Part shown: positions 34,619 to 47,900 of the stretch, in pieces
How the letters are laid out: every line of letters starts with the position of its first letter
Numbering within the stretch: the first letter of the stretch is position 1
From: Podarcis gaigeae
Lineage: Eukaryota
Direction: 5' to 3' (one strand)
Length of the DNA: 64,000 nt
Assembly (NCBI GenBank): GCA_964106915.2
Contig: OZ066914.1
Position numbers and translations under genes: made by a program
The notes under the pieces: generated by a model
Told to the model about the DNA's origin: nothing
What the model saw: only the letters and a program-made list of their open reading frames with translations
Database searches by the model: none

Positions 34619-37416
34619 GTAAAGAGCAGAGGGGCGGCGGCTGGTTGGGGAGACAGGCTGGGCTGCCAGCGCCCCGGCGAGACCTGGAGGCGAGATTTGG
34701 TGATGTGTGTGGTGTGTTTATATCTCGGGTGATGGTTTACGTTGCGGAGCGTGTGATGTTGGAGTCCCTTTGTTTTGAGGGAAGCAGGGGGAGGGTATTT
34801 TTTTTGGGGGGGAGGGCTCCCCTAAGGAAAGGGACCCCCAATTGACACCCCCCTCGGATTTATTGCCTCGTCTTCCGCCCTACATTGTTCCCCCACACTC
34901 GTAATTATTGGACAAAAATAAAAACCCACCACCACAAACCAAACCCACTTATCGTCTCCTCTGTATATCCCAACCCCCTCTGCCCTCCCCCCGCCGCTCC
35001 TCTGGCACGACAGACAGACACTTTCGAGGGAGAAGCCGCCGTCTCCATGCACAACGATGCTTTTTGTGCGCTGGGCTTTGGGTTGTTTCCACGGATCTGG
35101 AAGGGGGGAAGGGGGCAAACTGTTGGCTGTCAGTCCGTTGTACAAGGCAAAGCAGACTGATGTTTCGCTCTCGGTCCTGCTGGTTTCATCCCATATGGAT
35201 GAAACCTATATATGTTGAGTTTCCTGGGCTTCATGGCTCATCTGTATTATACAGCATATAACCCACAATGCTGCGTTTCGCTTTTCGCACAGGAACGGGG
35301 CGATCTTCGATCACTTTTGGGAAACCTGAGAGTAGGCTTGGTTGCAATCCATCCACTACACGCACACACCTCTCCAGATCGCCCGCTGTACTTCAGGCTC
35401 TTTAAAGCATCACGAAATCTTCCCCAACCTACATCCTTAAGTCGAACGAGGGGCTGAATGATGGTGTGTGCCTGTTGTGTAGACTAGGAGAGATGCTGGC
35501 TTCTTAAATACGCCTTTTAAGCTTGGCTGGTGTACAGGTTGGGTCTGGCGATGGAGCCAGAGGCTTAGATATTAGCCATCTTTGAGCTGCTGCCTCAATC
35601 TATGTTACCTCGCTGGATGAGTAAGGAGAGTGAGGATCGTGGGTGGGGAGGAGAGTATTCAGGGAGCATAATTAGTTATTGTGGAACCTATTTGACCCTC
35701 CTCTCCACCTCCCTATTCTGCAGGTAACAAATCTGTGCTTTTGATCGAGATGGCATGTGTGAAATTGCACCAAGATCCCTATTTTTGTTTGCACATCTTA
35801 GTGCTTTGTGTCTCCCTTTGATTATCCCTGATGAAATCTTTGCATAAACCCCCTCCTTGGCTCCTGGCTCCGCTTGTGCACTGTGTTAGCCAACCAACCG
35901 GTGTGTGTAGTTGTGGGTGTTTGCATTCATATGTGCGTGAAGACCTCGCTGGTGTGGATTTTTGGTTTTCAGCAAGGTATAGGCTTTTCTGCTGTGAACT
36001 TTCCAGGCAAAGTCTTTCAGTAGGTGATTTTAGAGGGCATGTCACGATGTAATTCAGTGTCCTGGGGATTGGTGTTTGCTCTCTGGTTTCAGGGGAGGGT
36101 ACTAACATAACAGCAGAAGTTTGAATACAAGCAGCTGCGCCTACACCAGAAGAGAGCGTGATGGGGGAGGGGGGGGGTTTGTGAAACTTGCATGTACACA
36201 GGAGAGCCCTTTATCTTTGGTCTTAAATTCTGTTCTTAGCTCTGATGAAAGTATAAGGAAAAAAAGCCAACCTCACAGTCCTCCAGTGTTTTCCAATTCC
36301 ACTAGCAGAACTTCTATGGGGAGGGGGAGAATTACAGGCAACTTGGCAGAGCCTTAATTAAGGATAGTAAAGGATTAAATGCTCCCTTTAGATGGAGGCT
36401 TGACCCTTCCAGACTGAGGCTGTTTTTTTACTCCTGCAACTACAGCTGCTTTGCTTTTCCAGCTGCCTCTCTCTCCTGCTTTGGTTCAGCCCTGATCATC
36501 AGTCACGCGGAGTGTTCCTCCAGCCACAGCAGAACAATCGCATCATCGCCCAAACTTTTCAAGAAGTTTATTCCTGCAGATCCATGACAGGCCCCCTGGC
36601 TGCCCTCCATGGAAGGCTGCACCCCATTTATGTGAATATGCTTTGATCTCAGAGGATAAGTATAATAAGGTCTGGCTGTGTGTATATCTCAGGAGCCACA
36701 CGGTGCTGATGGATATTTGCCTGTTGATACCTTAAGAAGGCTACAAGCAAAGCAATTATAGATTTCTCATAGCCCTCTGGTGTGCAAGTGCCTTTGGGCT
36801 GTGCATGGTTTAATGGACGCCATTAAAACAATTTTCTCCAGCCCAGCCACCCCCCACTCCATTCCTTTATTTCTACAGACTGAGTGTGTGTTTAGGTAAC
36901 TACTCAGTGACACTTCTACTGCAAGAAATGCTACTAAAAATAATGTTCTGATCAGATGTTTCCTTTTCTGACTGCTCTGCCAGAAATTCTACACCAAAAT
37001 AATCTTGATTACAATCCTGTTTAGGTGCCCTGTGGATTTCCTGGAAGGTTTCTTGGCATTCATATTCATTGATGTTTGAGAAGCTTCTCCTTCCATTGCA
37101 CTTTTGTACATGCTGTGATTTAGTTTCACACAATAATTTGTTATTAATTCATAGATGCAAAAAAGTGTCATTTGTTTGTAATGATAAGTTAACAGGCAGA
37201 CTTTTAAATTAATACAAAGAATTATGAACAACAGCCAGTGAGTGTGAAAGACAGATCTAGGCATTTGTCTGTGGGCCCAAGCATGGCAAAATCAAATCTC
37301 TTCTTATTGGAAAGAAATCCATTTATCTAGGGAGACTTCTTGTTCTGTTGGCTCTTTGCTTTGTGTATGCTTGTGTTCTGAGTGCTTAGAGTTGCCGTTC
37401 TCAGTGTTAATAGATA

Positions 37417-37596
37417 CAGTGGCGTAGCGTGGGTTATCAGCACCCGGGGCAAGGCAAGTAATTTGCGCCCCCTAACCCATGGATTTGCGCCCCCTAACCC
37501 ATGGATTTGCGCCCCCTAACCCGTGGATTTCCCTAACCCCCAGATGTTGCGCCCGGTGCGGCCGGCCCCCCCTGCACCCCCCACGCTACGCCACTG
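37417..37596. mobile_element. Young hAT MITE with an internal 22-bp tandem repeat
   Basis: Perfect 17-bp TIRs CAGTGGCGTAGCGTGGG / CCCACGCTACGCCACTG. Perfect 8-bp TSD AATAGATA (37409-37416, 37597-37604). CpGs intact. Confidence 0.93.
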
Positions 37597-38349
37597 AATA
37601 GATACCAGAAAATGGAAGGGGGAGGAGATGCTAGCAGTCAACATAGTATTGAAGGAAGTAACTCTAGTACAGAGAGCATTCATAAACAACCAAATGCTGT
37701 GTTTTAATCCAGAAACAATAACCTCTGCACTGAAAATTTCCTCTGGTGCAATTAGAAAGGACTGTGGGTCATTGCTCTATAGCACCATAGTTAGTTTTTT
37801 AAGTCTTTCCCTGAAGTCTTAGTTATAGTTTGCCAACTCTTTCATGATCAGGGACCACCTTGTTCTCCAGATAGTGCTCTGAGGGATGGAAGGATATGTT
37901 GCTCTTGGAGATGCACAAGTATCCTACTCCTCCCCCAAAATGCACTTTTGTAAGTGCTCATATCAGATGCTTGCAATGGTCCAAGGGTGCCCATGAAGTG
38001 CCCACCACAACCTCTTCCTCCCCCTTCCTCTGCTCCAAGCTGCAGAAACTTAACTTTGAGCTGGGAGAAAGCTGAAGTGGCAGGTAGTTCCAAGCCCCAG
38101 CAGAACATCTTTTTCTGCTGGGAATCCTGGTTTTGTAGTCCAAGTCACTGGGGTGTGGGGGAGATGTTTTATTGGGCCTTTGAAGTGCTTGCCTCTGCAT
38201 CTTCCACCACTTTTTACCTGTTCTGAAGATAAGTTTATGGACTTTGGGGCAAGGAAAGTGAGAGGTGACAGCAGCTTGCAGGATCAAAGCAAGTACAGAT
38301 TTGCTGGTCTTACTTAAAGAAGGCTTCTAACATAAGGTTTCCCAGTGGT

Positions 38350-38765
38350 GAAAGTGGACAGAGGAAAGTTTTCCTTCATCTCTCATAATAATAGAACCCA
38401 GCCACCCAGTAAAACTGAATGGTGGAAAATTCAGGACAGGCACGAAGGAACTTTTTCACACAACACATGGTTCACATAGCAATGTGGAGTTTGCTACCAC
38501 AAGGTGTAGTAATGGCCAAGAACCTGGACAGCTTTAAAGTCAGATTAGACAAAGTCATGCAGGATCAAGCTATAATTGGCTAATAGTCATGATGGCTATC
38601 TATAGCCTCTGGTATGAGAAGCAGCGCCTAAGAATACCAGTGTACAAGTGGGAGTGGGAGTGCTGTTGTGGACTTCCTGCAGACATCTGCTTGGCAACAG
38701 AGATAATGATGCTGGACTTGATGGGCCTTTGGTTTGATCCACCAGTCTTCTTTTTATGCTCTTAA
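38350..38765 (+). mobile_element. CR1 LINE 3' fragment (ORF2 end plus 3' UTR), degenerate
   Basis: TTCAGGACAG...TTCACACAACAC...CTGGACAGCTTTAAA...ATTAGACAAAGTCATG, then ATGCTGGACTTGATGGGCCTTTGGTTTGATCCA and a TTATGCTCTTA end. UTR-only relatives at ~28020-28110, 32095-32190 (+) and 40775-40975 (-). Confidence 0.8.
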
Positions 38766-40541
38766 TTTATGGAGCACATGCACTCTGGCACAGTAAAAAT
38801 TCAAACAAGTATGTACATTGGCATATGTGAAATACAGAATTAGGGACATAAAAGTGCAGCATGGAATATATTTAATTTGCACAATTCGAAAACCCAATTC
38901 TTTTCCTTCTGAGTGAAACTCTGGAAAGAAGGAAACTTTCCCCCCCTTACAAGTGAAACATTTTATCAGACCCTTGATTAAAGTTTGGGAGAGACCAGAT
39001 AAAATTACTTTTGGGGTCACATCTGGCACTATCTCTGCTAGCTGGCCATTCCACAGGGGATGATGAAAAGACCAAGAATGTGTAGCAACAAACAGCTTCC
39101 TTGTATCTCCTCAATGAGCCCATCTGAAGTACATTTTGTTGTTGCAGATTAAGCCATTCACTGATTCTTTCAGTTGCCATTCTGGTTCAGGATATATTCT
39201 CAGCATATTTTATAGCCTGCTGCTTACTCATCAGTGCCAGATTAAACCCTGGGGAGGCCCCATGGCAGTTGAAATCTCTCCCCACCCTTGCAAACATATC
39301 TCCTGATAAGTTTTTTATTTTACCAGCCAACAATTTTAATAAACCAAGAGGTGGTGCTCCTAAAAGGCATGGGGTTCATAGGCTGGTGCCTGCTCTGCCT
39401 TTTTGGTAATGTGGCTCTGTTACTCATTACACATAGTCACGAACAGAGCACTCTGAAATTCTACATAAATGTAACATTCTCCACGGCCAGTGATATTGAA
39501 AGTCACAGATATATCTAGAAGAATGAACAGGATTGCAATCTCCTCCCTTTCTCTTTTCTGACCTGGTCATCCAGCACCAGGGTGACCAAGGCAGTTTCTA
39601 TCCCATAGCTAGGCCAGAAACTGGACTGAAATGGATCCAGGTATTGAGTATTACCTATAATTCCATCTTTTCCAGCACCTTATTTTAAAAAGTGGTGCAT
39701 TGTATACTGGGAAATAATGGCTCACATGAGCTGGACCTAAATTTTTAAGAGAATTAGAACCACCACTTCTTTCAAGACAGCAGGACCTTACTTTCTCTCA
39801 AGGAAACATGAACCACACCTAAGAATCAAGTTTATTGCTTTATGAGGGAATTGTAAGGATCTAAAGAACATATGAGAGCTCTTAAGCCTCCAAGCAATTT
39901 GTCCCTCAGCCTAGAAAAGCTAAGAAGTATCCATCACAAGCTGACCGGATGGTGTTCTAGCTACATTAATTTCTGACTCAAACAACTGTAAAGTTCCATC
40001 GCTGTCACCTGACACTTTTAACTGGAGATTCAAGGATTCAATCTGGGACTTTGAACCTGTATGCAAAGCATGTGCTCTACTACTGAATGCTGATAGGCCC
40101 TTCCTAGTGACTTTCCAAGGTCCCTGGCAGAGGCCTTTTCCATACCGATCCTTTTGTCTAAACTGGAAATGCCAAGGAGCTTGTAGATGCAAGGCACATT
40201 CTCTATGAGCTACAGCCACCACCCATTAACTTTCCATTAGGCTTCCATAATGACTGTGTCACTCTTAAAAAATAAATAAGTAGCCTTCTGATTTGCCAGT
40301 CACATTCACCCTGCACTCTCCCCTGTTGGCCTTAGCTAGAAACTGACCTGCAAGAGCTGCTGTTTAGTGTTGTTCTGGGTTCCCACTGTGCAGTACTAGG
40401 AGGGCCCTCAAGAGCCCTGTTATCCAGCTCTACCTGGCAGTAGAGTGATATCTTATATATGGCAAAAAAGAGAGAGAAAATGAATAATAAAAAGAGGACT
40501 GAAGCAGCACAAATTTCTTTAAAATTGATATGCTCTTAATT

Positions 40542-40664
40542 CAGGGTTTCACAAAGTTGGGTATCCAGCTGTTTTTGGACTACAGTTCCCATCACCCCAA
40601 CCACTAGTCCTTGATGGAAGTTGTAGTCCAGCAACAGCTGGAGACCCAAGTTTGGGAAACCCTA
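40542..40664. mobile_element. hAT-type palindromic MITE
   Basis: CAGGGTTTCACAAAGTTGGGTATCCAGCTGTT / AACAGCTGGAGACCCAAGTTTGGGAAACCCTA long inverted repeat. Confidence 0.8.
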
Positions 40665-42131
40665 TGTCTAATTTAGACATACAAATTTCGAAATAACAGT
40701 TATACTTTCAGTAGAAATATAGTACATCTTGCCATAGTGGGGAAGCCTGTGACCTGGTTGCCTGCTCAGTCTTGACGGTCAACTTCAGCATCCTATTCCC
40801 CTCAGTGACCAACCAGATGCCCATGGGAAGCCCATAAGCAGGACTTGAGTGCAATAGGCCTTTCCCACTATTGTTCTACAACAACTGGTATTCAGAAGTA
40901 AGGTACCTTTGATTCTGGAAGTAGTATATAAGTATAATGATTAGTAGCTATTGATAGCCTTATCCCCCATGAAACTTAACAGCATGTGGCCCCATGTTCC
41001 ACCAGTTGCTGACCACTTAAAATTATATTTTTGCATGTGTTTAATTCTGCTGTTTATTCACAAGACATAGGAGAATTGAAGCTTGGGTATATAAGGATAT
41101 ATTAATCACACTCTTTTTATGTGAGTTTTAGGTTTTCCAGTTGTTTTGGCTGTTCCCTAGGCGTCTTGAATTAATTGGGGTTGTATATAGTTTCCCATTT
41201 GTGAAACAAAATATAAATTACTTTGTTGACTGTACCAAAAAGGAAGTTGTGTGTATACATTAAAAAAAGGAGGGTGGCCTTTCTAGCAATACTTTTTACT
41301 ACAATAAAAGATCTGTGGGGAAATATTTTTTTTCCATGTATTTCAAGAATTCCTTAACAACACCTTGGTGAAAACAGACAAAGGAATCCTTTGTCTAAAT
41401 TAAATATTTATAAAGGAGAAGTGACAGAACAATACAATGCAAATTCCTAAATGTCAGGAAAGAGCAATTATTAGTTCTATCCATACAGAGTGGGGGGGAG
41501 GGTATTGATTTCTAAAATTACTATTCTATTGTGTAGCTTGAACATTGGTTATATTTAATATGGTAGGATATGTTATCTGTTCCTGATATTCTTCTACTTT
41601 TTTTTTTAAGGCAATGAATTATTCTGTCTCTGTGGCTCCCTCTCTCCTTTCCATCTACTGGTGTGTCAGACTTTTGTTATTGCTCATTTGTGCACAAGTG
41701 ACTGGCAGTTCTATCACTAAACAAGTTAAAAATGAATGATTGGCAGTGGACAAGCTGTTTGATCAATAGAGGCTCTTGAAATTATGTCTGCAAAGGAGTT
41801 CCTTGAGGCTGAGGAACTATACGGCTCTTAATAGGACATAGACATTGAATCAATCTGTTTGTCTCCGTTGGTAGACAATGCTTTTCATGATGTCTTTACT
41901 TTCTTGCTTTCAGACTTCATAAATGGTCAACCTCCATGATGCACATAAATCAATGAGGCTGAGATGCAGAGTAGATTGTCATAATTTGCCAAGGAATCCC
42001 AATGTTGACTTTAACATTGTGGCAGTTTTGTCTTACCAGATTACTAGTCAGGAGGGCTGTTGTAGCTGGAAAACAATGATGGTTGTTTGTTGTCATTTGG
42101 GTATATAGCTAACATACATTAATTCAAGGTG

Positions 42132-42340
42132 AATCATAGAATTGTAGAGTTGGAAGTGACCGCAAAGGTCATTTAGTCTGACCCCCTGCAATGCAGGAAT
42201 TTCAACTAAAGCATCCATGACAGATGGCCATCCAACCTCTGCTTAAAAACCTCCAAGGAAGGAAAGTCCACCAGCTCTCATGGGAGTCTGTTCCACTGTC
42301 AAGAAGCTCTTACTGTCAGAAAGTTATTCCTGATGTTTAG
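42132..42340 (-). mobile_element. CR1 LINE 3' end
   Basis: Plus strand AATCATAGAATTGTAGAGTTGGAAG... is the reverse complement of the CR1 terminus (ATTCTATGATT); AACTTTCTGACAGTAAGAGC on the minus strand. Confidence 0.85.
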
Positions 42341-42377
42341 GTCAGGGGATGGTATTCTTCTTTGTCAGCATTACATT

Positions 42378-42748
42378 AAGGTAAAGGTAAAGGTACCCCT
42401 GCCCGTATGGGCCAGTCTTGCCAGGTTCTAGGGTTGTGCGCCCATCTCACTTAAGAGGCCGGGGGCCAGTGCTGTCCGGAGACACTTCCGGGTCATGTGG
42501 CCAGCGTGACAAAGCTGCTCTGGCGAGCCAGCACCAGCGCAGCACACGGAAACGCCGTTTACCTTCCCGCTATAAAGCAGTACCTATTTATCTACTTGCA
42601 CTTAGGGGTGCTTTCGAACTGCTAGGTGGGCAGGAGCTGGGACCGAAAGACGGGAGCTCACCCCGCCGCGGGGATTCGAACTGCCGACCATGCGATCGGC
42701 AAGCCGTAGGCACTGAGGTTTTACCCACAGCGCCACCTGTGTCCCGAT
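42378..42748 (-). mobile_element. Sauria SINE, second subfamily
   Basis: Same architecture as the other copies but with diagnostic differences (GTACCCCTGCCCGT near the tail, GACACTTCCGGG core). Perfect 11-bp TSD AGCATTACATT (42367-42377, 42749-42759). Confidence 0.93.
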
Positions 42749-45700
42749 AGCATTACATTGGAAGGTGGTTAAATGCTATCACTGAAGATGAATGTGGGTA
42801 ATAGTTTACAAAAAAGGGGGGATTAGATGTGAAACCTGCCAGTGTCCCCCTTTTACTAGGTGACTGAGCATGGTCAATGAATATGCATACCAATGACAAT
42901 GGGATCTTGTAGAAGAACCTCTCACCATCAACATATGTTAAATTGCAGATTGTCTGCTGACAAGACCATGTGCATACAGCAGTATTAACAACAACAGCAA
43001 TAATATAATTTATTACCATCCATGAAGGTGGTGGAGTGGGTCACAATTTACATTAAAAACAGTATAAAACAAACTACAATCACAAGAATAGGGTGAATCC
43101 TAAAAATGCACATCTCAAATCAAATTCGTCAAGAACATAATAGCTACCGCTAGCTGTTTCTGACCATAGAGGGATATAGGAACACATTTTAAAGTGTACA
43201 TTTGGTTTTCAGTGGAGAAATGGTTGCACACCTTTCAAGAGACAGGACTCATTGCAGGGAAATTTGGGACAGGTGCAAGCACCTAGGAGCCATGATGAAG
43301 TATTTTGTTGCTTCAGCTGCTATGACTTATAGTTCCAATGAGGTTTCAGTATAGATACAGAACTGCAATTTTACCAAAGTACTATGACACATGCTTGTAC
43401 AGTAACCATTGGTATTTATGAACATATGAAAGGAAAATACTTTTGGAGGGCTAGGGTTTATTAACCCAATTTTCCCTGTAATTTATTACTTGAAACATCA
43501 GCACGGCTGAGGGCCAAATGAGAAGCATTTGTGCCCATATTTTATTTGGATGAAGGTTCTGCATTTAATATTATGGTGAATAAACAATTCTTGTTCTGTA
43601 GTATGGAGCAGACCAGTATGAAACCTCATGGAATTCAGTGTTTTACTAGAGAGTGGTCTTGAAAGTGGAACATTCCAAAAAACCTCTTCAGCAAAGGAAG
43701 GAAAGTGAGCAAACAGATCAAACTAAAATGTTATGTTTTATTAAATGTAACTATAAAATGTAATGATGGAACTGTGTTTTTCTAGTCACCTCCATGCCAG
43801 GATTCATAGAGGGTGCTATCCAGCCTCCTGTCAGTTTCAGGCTAGAATCCTTTGTGTGCTTACCTGAGAGTTGTTGGCATTCCTCTGTCCTGAGAGACAA
43901 TGGAGTGTGCCTCTGGGGCGAAGTCAAACTGCTGGAGAATCACAGCGCCTGCTGTGGCTGCAGAGACCAGTAAATCATAACTGCTGCCTCCTGTGTTGTT
44001 ATTGCTGTGTTAGCAGCACTGGTGACCTTTCTAGGGTGCAAGCCTGGGCAGTGTGTATGGAGATCCTGAGCTACCCAGACGACAATACTCCCCTCTCAGC
44101 CCTGCTGATGTGGTCCAAAGGAAAGCAGCAGCATTTGACACTAGCTTGGCTGCAGAAGTTGCCTGAGTTACCTGAGAGTAAGCCTCATTGAACTCTGTGG
44201 AACTTACTTCTGTGTAGCTATGTAAAGGCTCATGGTGCTGGCCATTCATTTACCCCCTTACTGGAGAAAATGAGCTATTGAAGTTGGACTCTGCAAGCAC
44301 AGTAATTGAGGCGAGAGCTCAGGGATGGCTTCCTAAACATTTCCCAGAAAAGACTTGTGCCCTGTGGCAGGGAAACCTTCATTCAAGTACCATCTGCAGC
44401 TTCAAACATTAGGTGGATAGATTTGCTCTCCAGTTCTACCTGTGGAATATGTCTATTGGCAGAGATATTCCTATTCAGTCAAGGTAGCTTTGATCCTAAC
44501 TTGGCTCAAATGTGGCAACATCAGGCATGTAGAGATCTACTCCTTTTATCTCTGCACCTGACACTTGCAGATAAGAAGTTGCCTGTAATACAAAAACTGA
44601 AAATCTCTTTCTGCAGTTTTTGTGCAACTTTTTCTTTTATTTCAGCCGTGGAATAAAGCTGCTGTAATTAGGCATACTGTGCTTTTTTACTCTCATCATG
44701 CTTGGCTGAGGATAATGAGAGAAAATTATCTTTAATAATAGCAATTGGTGAGCTGGAGTGCTGTGGTCATTTATATTGCAGAAACAGTCTTTGGTGGGCC
44801 TGTGTATGGAGGGAAGAGACGTAGGCTTTGCCTCAAAGTGTGAATCAAACAATATCCCTGTAACATGAATATCAGTAGGATGTGGATAGAGTTCCTAACT
44901 GGCCCAACTGCTGTGTTTTAAACAGCAGCCTAACAGAGAGATTCAGCATGAGAAAAAGTCCATGTCGTTTTCTCCCTCCATGCCAGGAAAATATTCACAT
45001 GTTTAATTTTACATATCAAGATGTGGGGCAGGGAGTTTCAGGGTCAGTACTCGAGGTGCAGTCCCCCTGAAATCCTGAATAATGTGATATATTTCTGCTA
45101 CTATTCCATGCTTTCCGGAAAATGCCAGGTGAGGCTTTCCAGGAATGTTCTGGTCATATGCCGTGCTGGCACAATGGAGATCGTGGACTCATATCTAGGA
45201 TTAGAATCCCCATGCTCACATTGCCATTTGGATGTTCTTAATTAGATGACTCTTCAAGCTTTTATTTTATTTTGAAGTCTCTCTGTCTACATTATTAGCT
45301 CCTGCACATCTAGCTAGCATGTGAAAGTGAAAGGAAGTATCATCACATAGCAAGTGAACGACCAAGCTGAAAGTTCTCTGTGGTGGTTCGCAGGAGGGTC
45401 AGATAAACTTAGCATGCAATGACAGGAGGATTGCCAAACACATGGCAATCCACAACACATGGTTAGTGGTGGGCTGGAATTGATTTGCAGTTTCACAAGT
45501 TATGCAGACGCACTGTATAGCTTGTATGTCTTTAGTCAGGAATGGTATGGTCCTGGATAAACCAGCACTAATAATAATTGTGATGCAGTGAGATGTGAAA
45601 TCTATGATTGCATCCAGGGGCAGTGCAGATTGCACAAACTGTTTGCACACAGTTGTGCCCATCTGATGCCAGTCTTGCAGTGCAGCACTAATCAAACAGC

Positions 45701-45843
45701 TGCATCTGATGTCTAATAGACCCATGGCTTTCCATGGCTTTGTGCTAGTGCAACAAAAGTCTACCCTGAGCTATCCTGCTAAGAAGTAGTATGTCAGAAA
45801 ATGCTGTGTTCCTTTATGAATTAAAAAAAGATTATATACTTGA

Positions 45844-45845
<2 letters not shown>

Positions 45846-45880
<35 letters not shown>
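45846..45880. repeat. (CA)n microsatellite
   Basis: About 17 perfect AC units. Confidence 0.95.
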
Positions 45881-45884
<4 letters not shown>

Positions 45885-47644
45885 TGCCCTGTAGGAGAAT
45901 GGCTCAGGCCTAGTGTGATGTTACTCCTTGTATATTCCAGATATAATATCTTGAATTAAAAAATAAATAGTAAAGAGATCCCCGTGGAATCCCCAAATGT
46001 GCAAGAGAAAGGAATCTGACCTGATGTGGTTTAGCTGCTGAAAATAGAATATGCACTGTTAAATATGACTTGGTTATATTCTATGGAGTTGTTGGCACAG
46101 ATCCTGAGTCCTAGAGTGTCCTGTGGCACTCCTGCTGTTATAATCAGAATTGGCAGCCTACATGCGGACAGCAGCATCGACAGAGAACAATGGTGCCTGA
46201 TTCTTATTTGTCAGCTTGGACAAAGGGCCTGCTGATGGGTTATGGTGGAAGGGAGAGCATTTCTTTTGTATGATGATACCAGCATGGCAGATGGCTAATT
46301 GGACATGATAAACCACTGGGGCAACTAAAAAATGGGATGAGGGGAGGGTGAAAAATGGAGGTCTGTGGGGATTATCAACTCCTGCTCTGACATGTTAAAG
46401 AAAAGGAGGAAATTCTCGGTCAAAAGCAGTTGACATTAACTTTTTGTTGGGGGGGGGGGTGTATTGTTGTCGCTTGACCATATGTCATCCAGAAAAGGAT
46501 GGGGAATTGCCTATTGAACTCCTTACTCAGCCTAGCTAATGTGAAAGCGTATTTCATTAGCTGCAAGCAAATCATATTACTGGATGAAAAGGTAAGGAAA
46601 GAACATTGTCCCCAGAGATGCCAGTTCAGCTCTTAGTAAAATTAGCAGATCACAGTCTTGTCAGAGAAACGTTCAAGTGTTGCACCAAAGAGGACCTAGA
46701 TGGGGTAGGGGTGGGGGAAAGGACATTGTTGTGCTGGCAATTTCAGTGAAAATAGGAATGAAATCTCTGCCAAAGTCTGAACATTTGATCTGCGTGCAAA
46801 AACAAAATAAAAGCATTGATAAAATCAAGGAAGAATTTATATGACCAGCCAGTGTATCCATATATTTCTCACTCATTGAGTTTAGGTTATCAAACCAGGT
46901 TTTCAGAGCAGGCCTTAAACTGCCAGGCCTATTTGCTGTGCTAATGATTAATTTATTTGAAATTATGAACTGTCGGGGTTAATCTTGAATTTGTTAAATC
47001 TAAGTCATACAGAAATTAATGTTGCTAGATTCTTGAAGCTGAGAGGAAGACTAGTACTGTATATTCAGAGGAATCCTCCCTGTCTCAATTATGATATGAT
47101 CTTCTTGATTTCCATGTTGGCAGTAAAGAAGCACTGTAATATAATGTGAAAGCAATTACATCTATTCCTTGTATTAAACAAGTGTATGGACCCTCTATTT
47201 CAGGGGATGAAGTTTGCAGTGTCATTTGTGTGCCTGTAGCTGAGGCTGATGCAGCCATGAGATAACGGCACGGATCAACTTGTGACTGTAGTTGGGTTTC
47301 CTGGGTGGTGTAACAGCAGGGACAGATGGGGAGCAGGACTTAAGGGTCACTAACATACAGTAAACCTGTGACTCAGACAAGAACTGGAAGGGCTGGGGGG
47401 CTGGGAATTATTTATTTGCTATTGGTTCAGGAGGAAGCTATGACCAGGATAGTATGGTGTATCCAGAAAGTAGCTAAGGAATAGTGCATTCTGTGGGTTT
47501 TCCCTCCCACGATTGCAAAACTGAGAAAATGTTGCATTGTCAAGGGGAGTGAGTAAATTTGCTTTGTTCAAGACTACAAACCATCTGAAGGTGAAAAGAT
47601 GGCAAAAGTCTGCAATGTACCAATCAATCAGGGCATTTCTAGAA

Positions 47645-47802
47645 ATCGCACGGTGGCGGTAGCACAGCAGCAGCAGCAGCAGCAGCAGCAGGAGGAGGAG
47701 GAGGAGGCCCCATTAGCTAAATTGTATCTCAGGTTAAGAACAGTTTCAGGTTAAGAACGGACCTCCAGAACGAATTAAGTTCTTAACCCAAGGTACCACT
47801 GT
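47645..47802. mobile_element. One end of a Tigger/mariner-like MITE containing a (CAG)n(GAG)n expansion
   Basis: Ends ...AAGTTCTTAACCCAAGGTACCACTG|TA. Internal CAGGTTAAGAAC occurs twice. Opposite TIR not found. A related end is at ~50400-50465. Confidence 0.7.
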
Positions 47803-47900
47803 ACTGTTCTGATATGTGCTCCATGCCCTTTTGCAGTCCCAGCAAGAAAACAAGAAAACAAAATCCCCAAGAGATTCTCTGGTGGGCTACATTGTACATA

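Larger units (their letters stand above)
33600..35450 (+). promoter_or_regulatory. KALRN: CpG island / GC-rich promoter of KALRN exon 1B
   Basis: Marked CpG enrichment relative to the flanks. GC box GGGGCGGG (~34118-34125), ETS core CAGGAAGT (33812-33819), GA/CT and GT tracts. Spans the first coding exon. Limits and TSS are approximate. Confidence 0.8.

Noticed and set aside
33504-34622. Overlapping Pro/Gly/Ser-rich ORFs on both strands
   Set aside because: Expected from GC-rich, low-complexity CpG-island sequence; no recognisable domain.
34546-34845. 99-aa ORF as a single-exon gene
   Set aside because: Kalirin similarity stops at codon 25, exactly at a GTAAAG donor; the rest is intron read-through.
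37460-37540. CRISPR-like array or interstitial telomere
   Set aside because: Head-to-tail 22-bp units without spacers, inside a hAT MITE in vertebrate DNA; the hexamers are not contiguous (TTAGGG)n.
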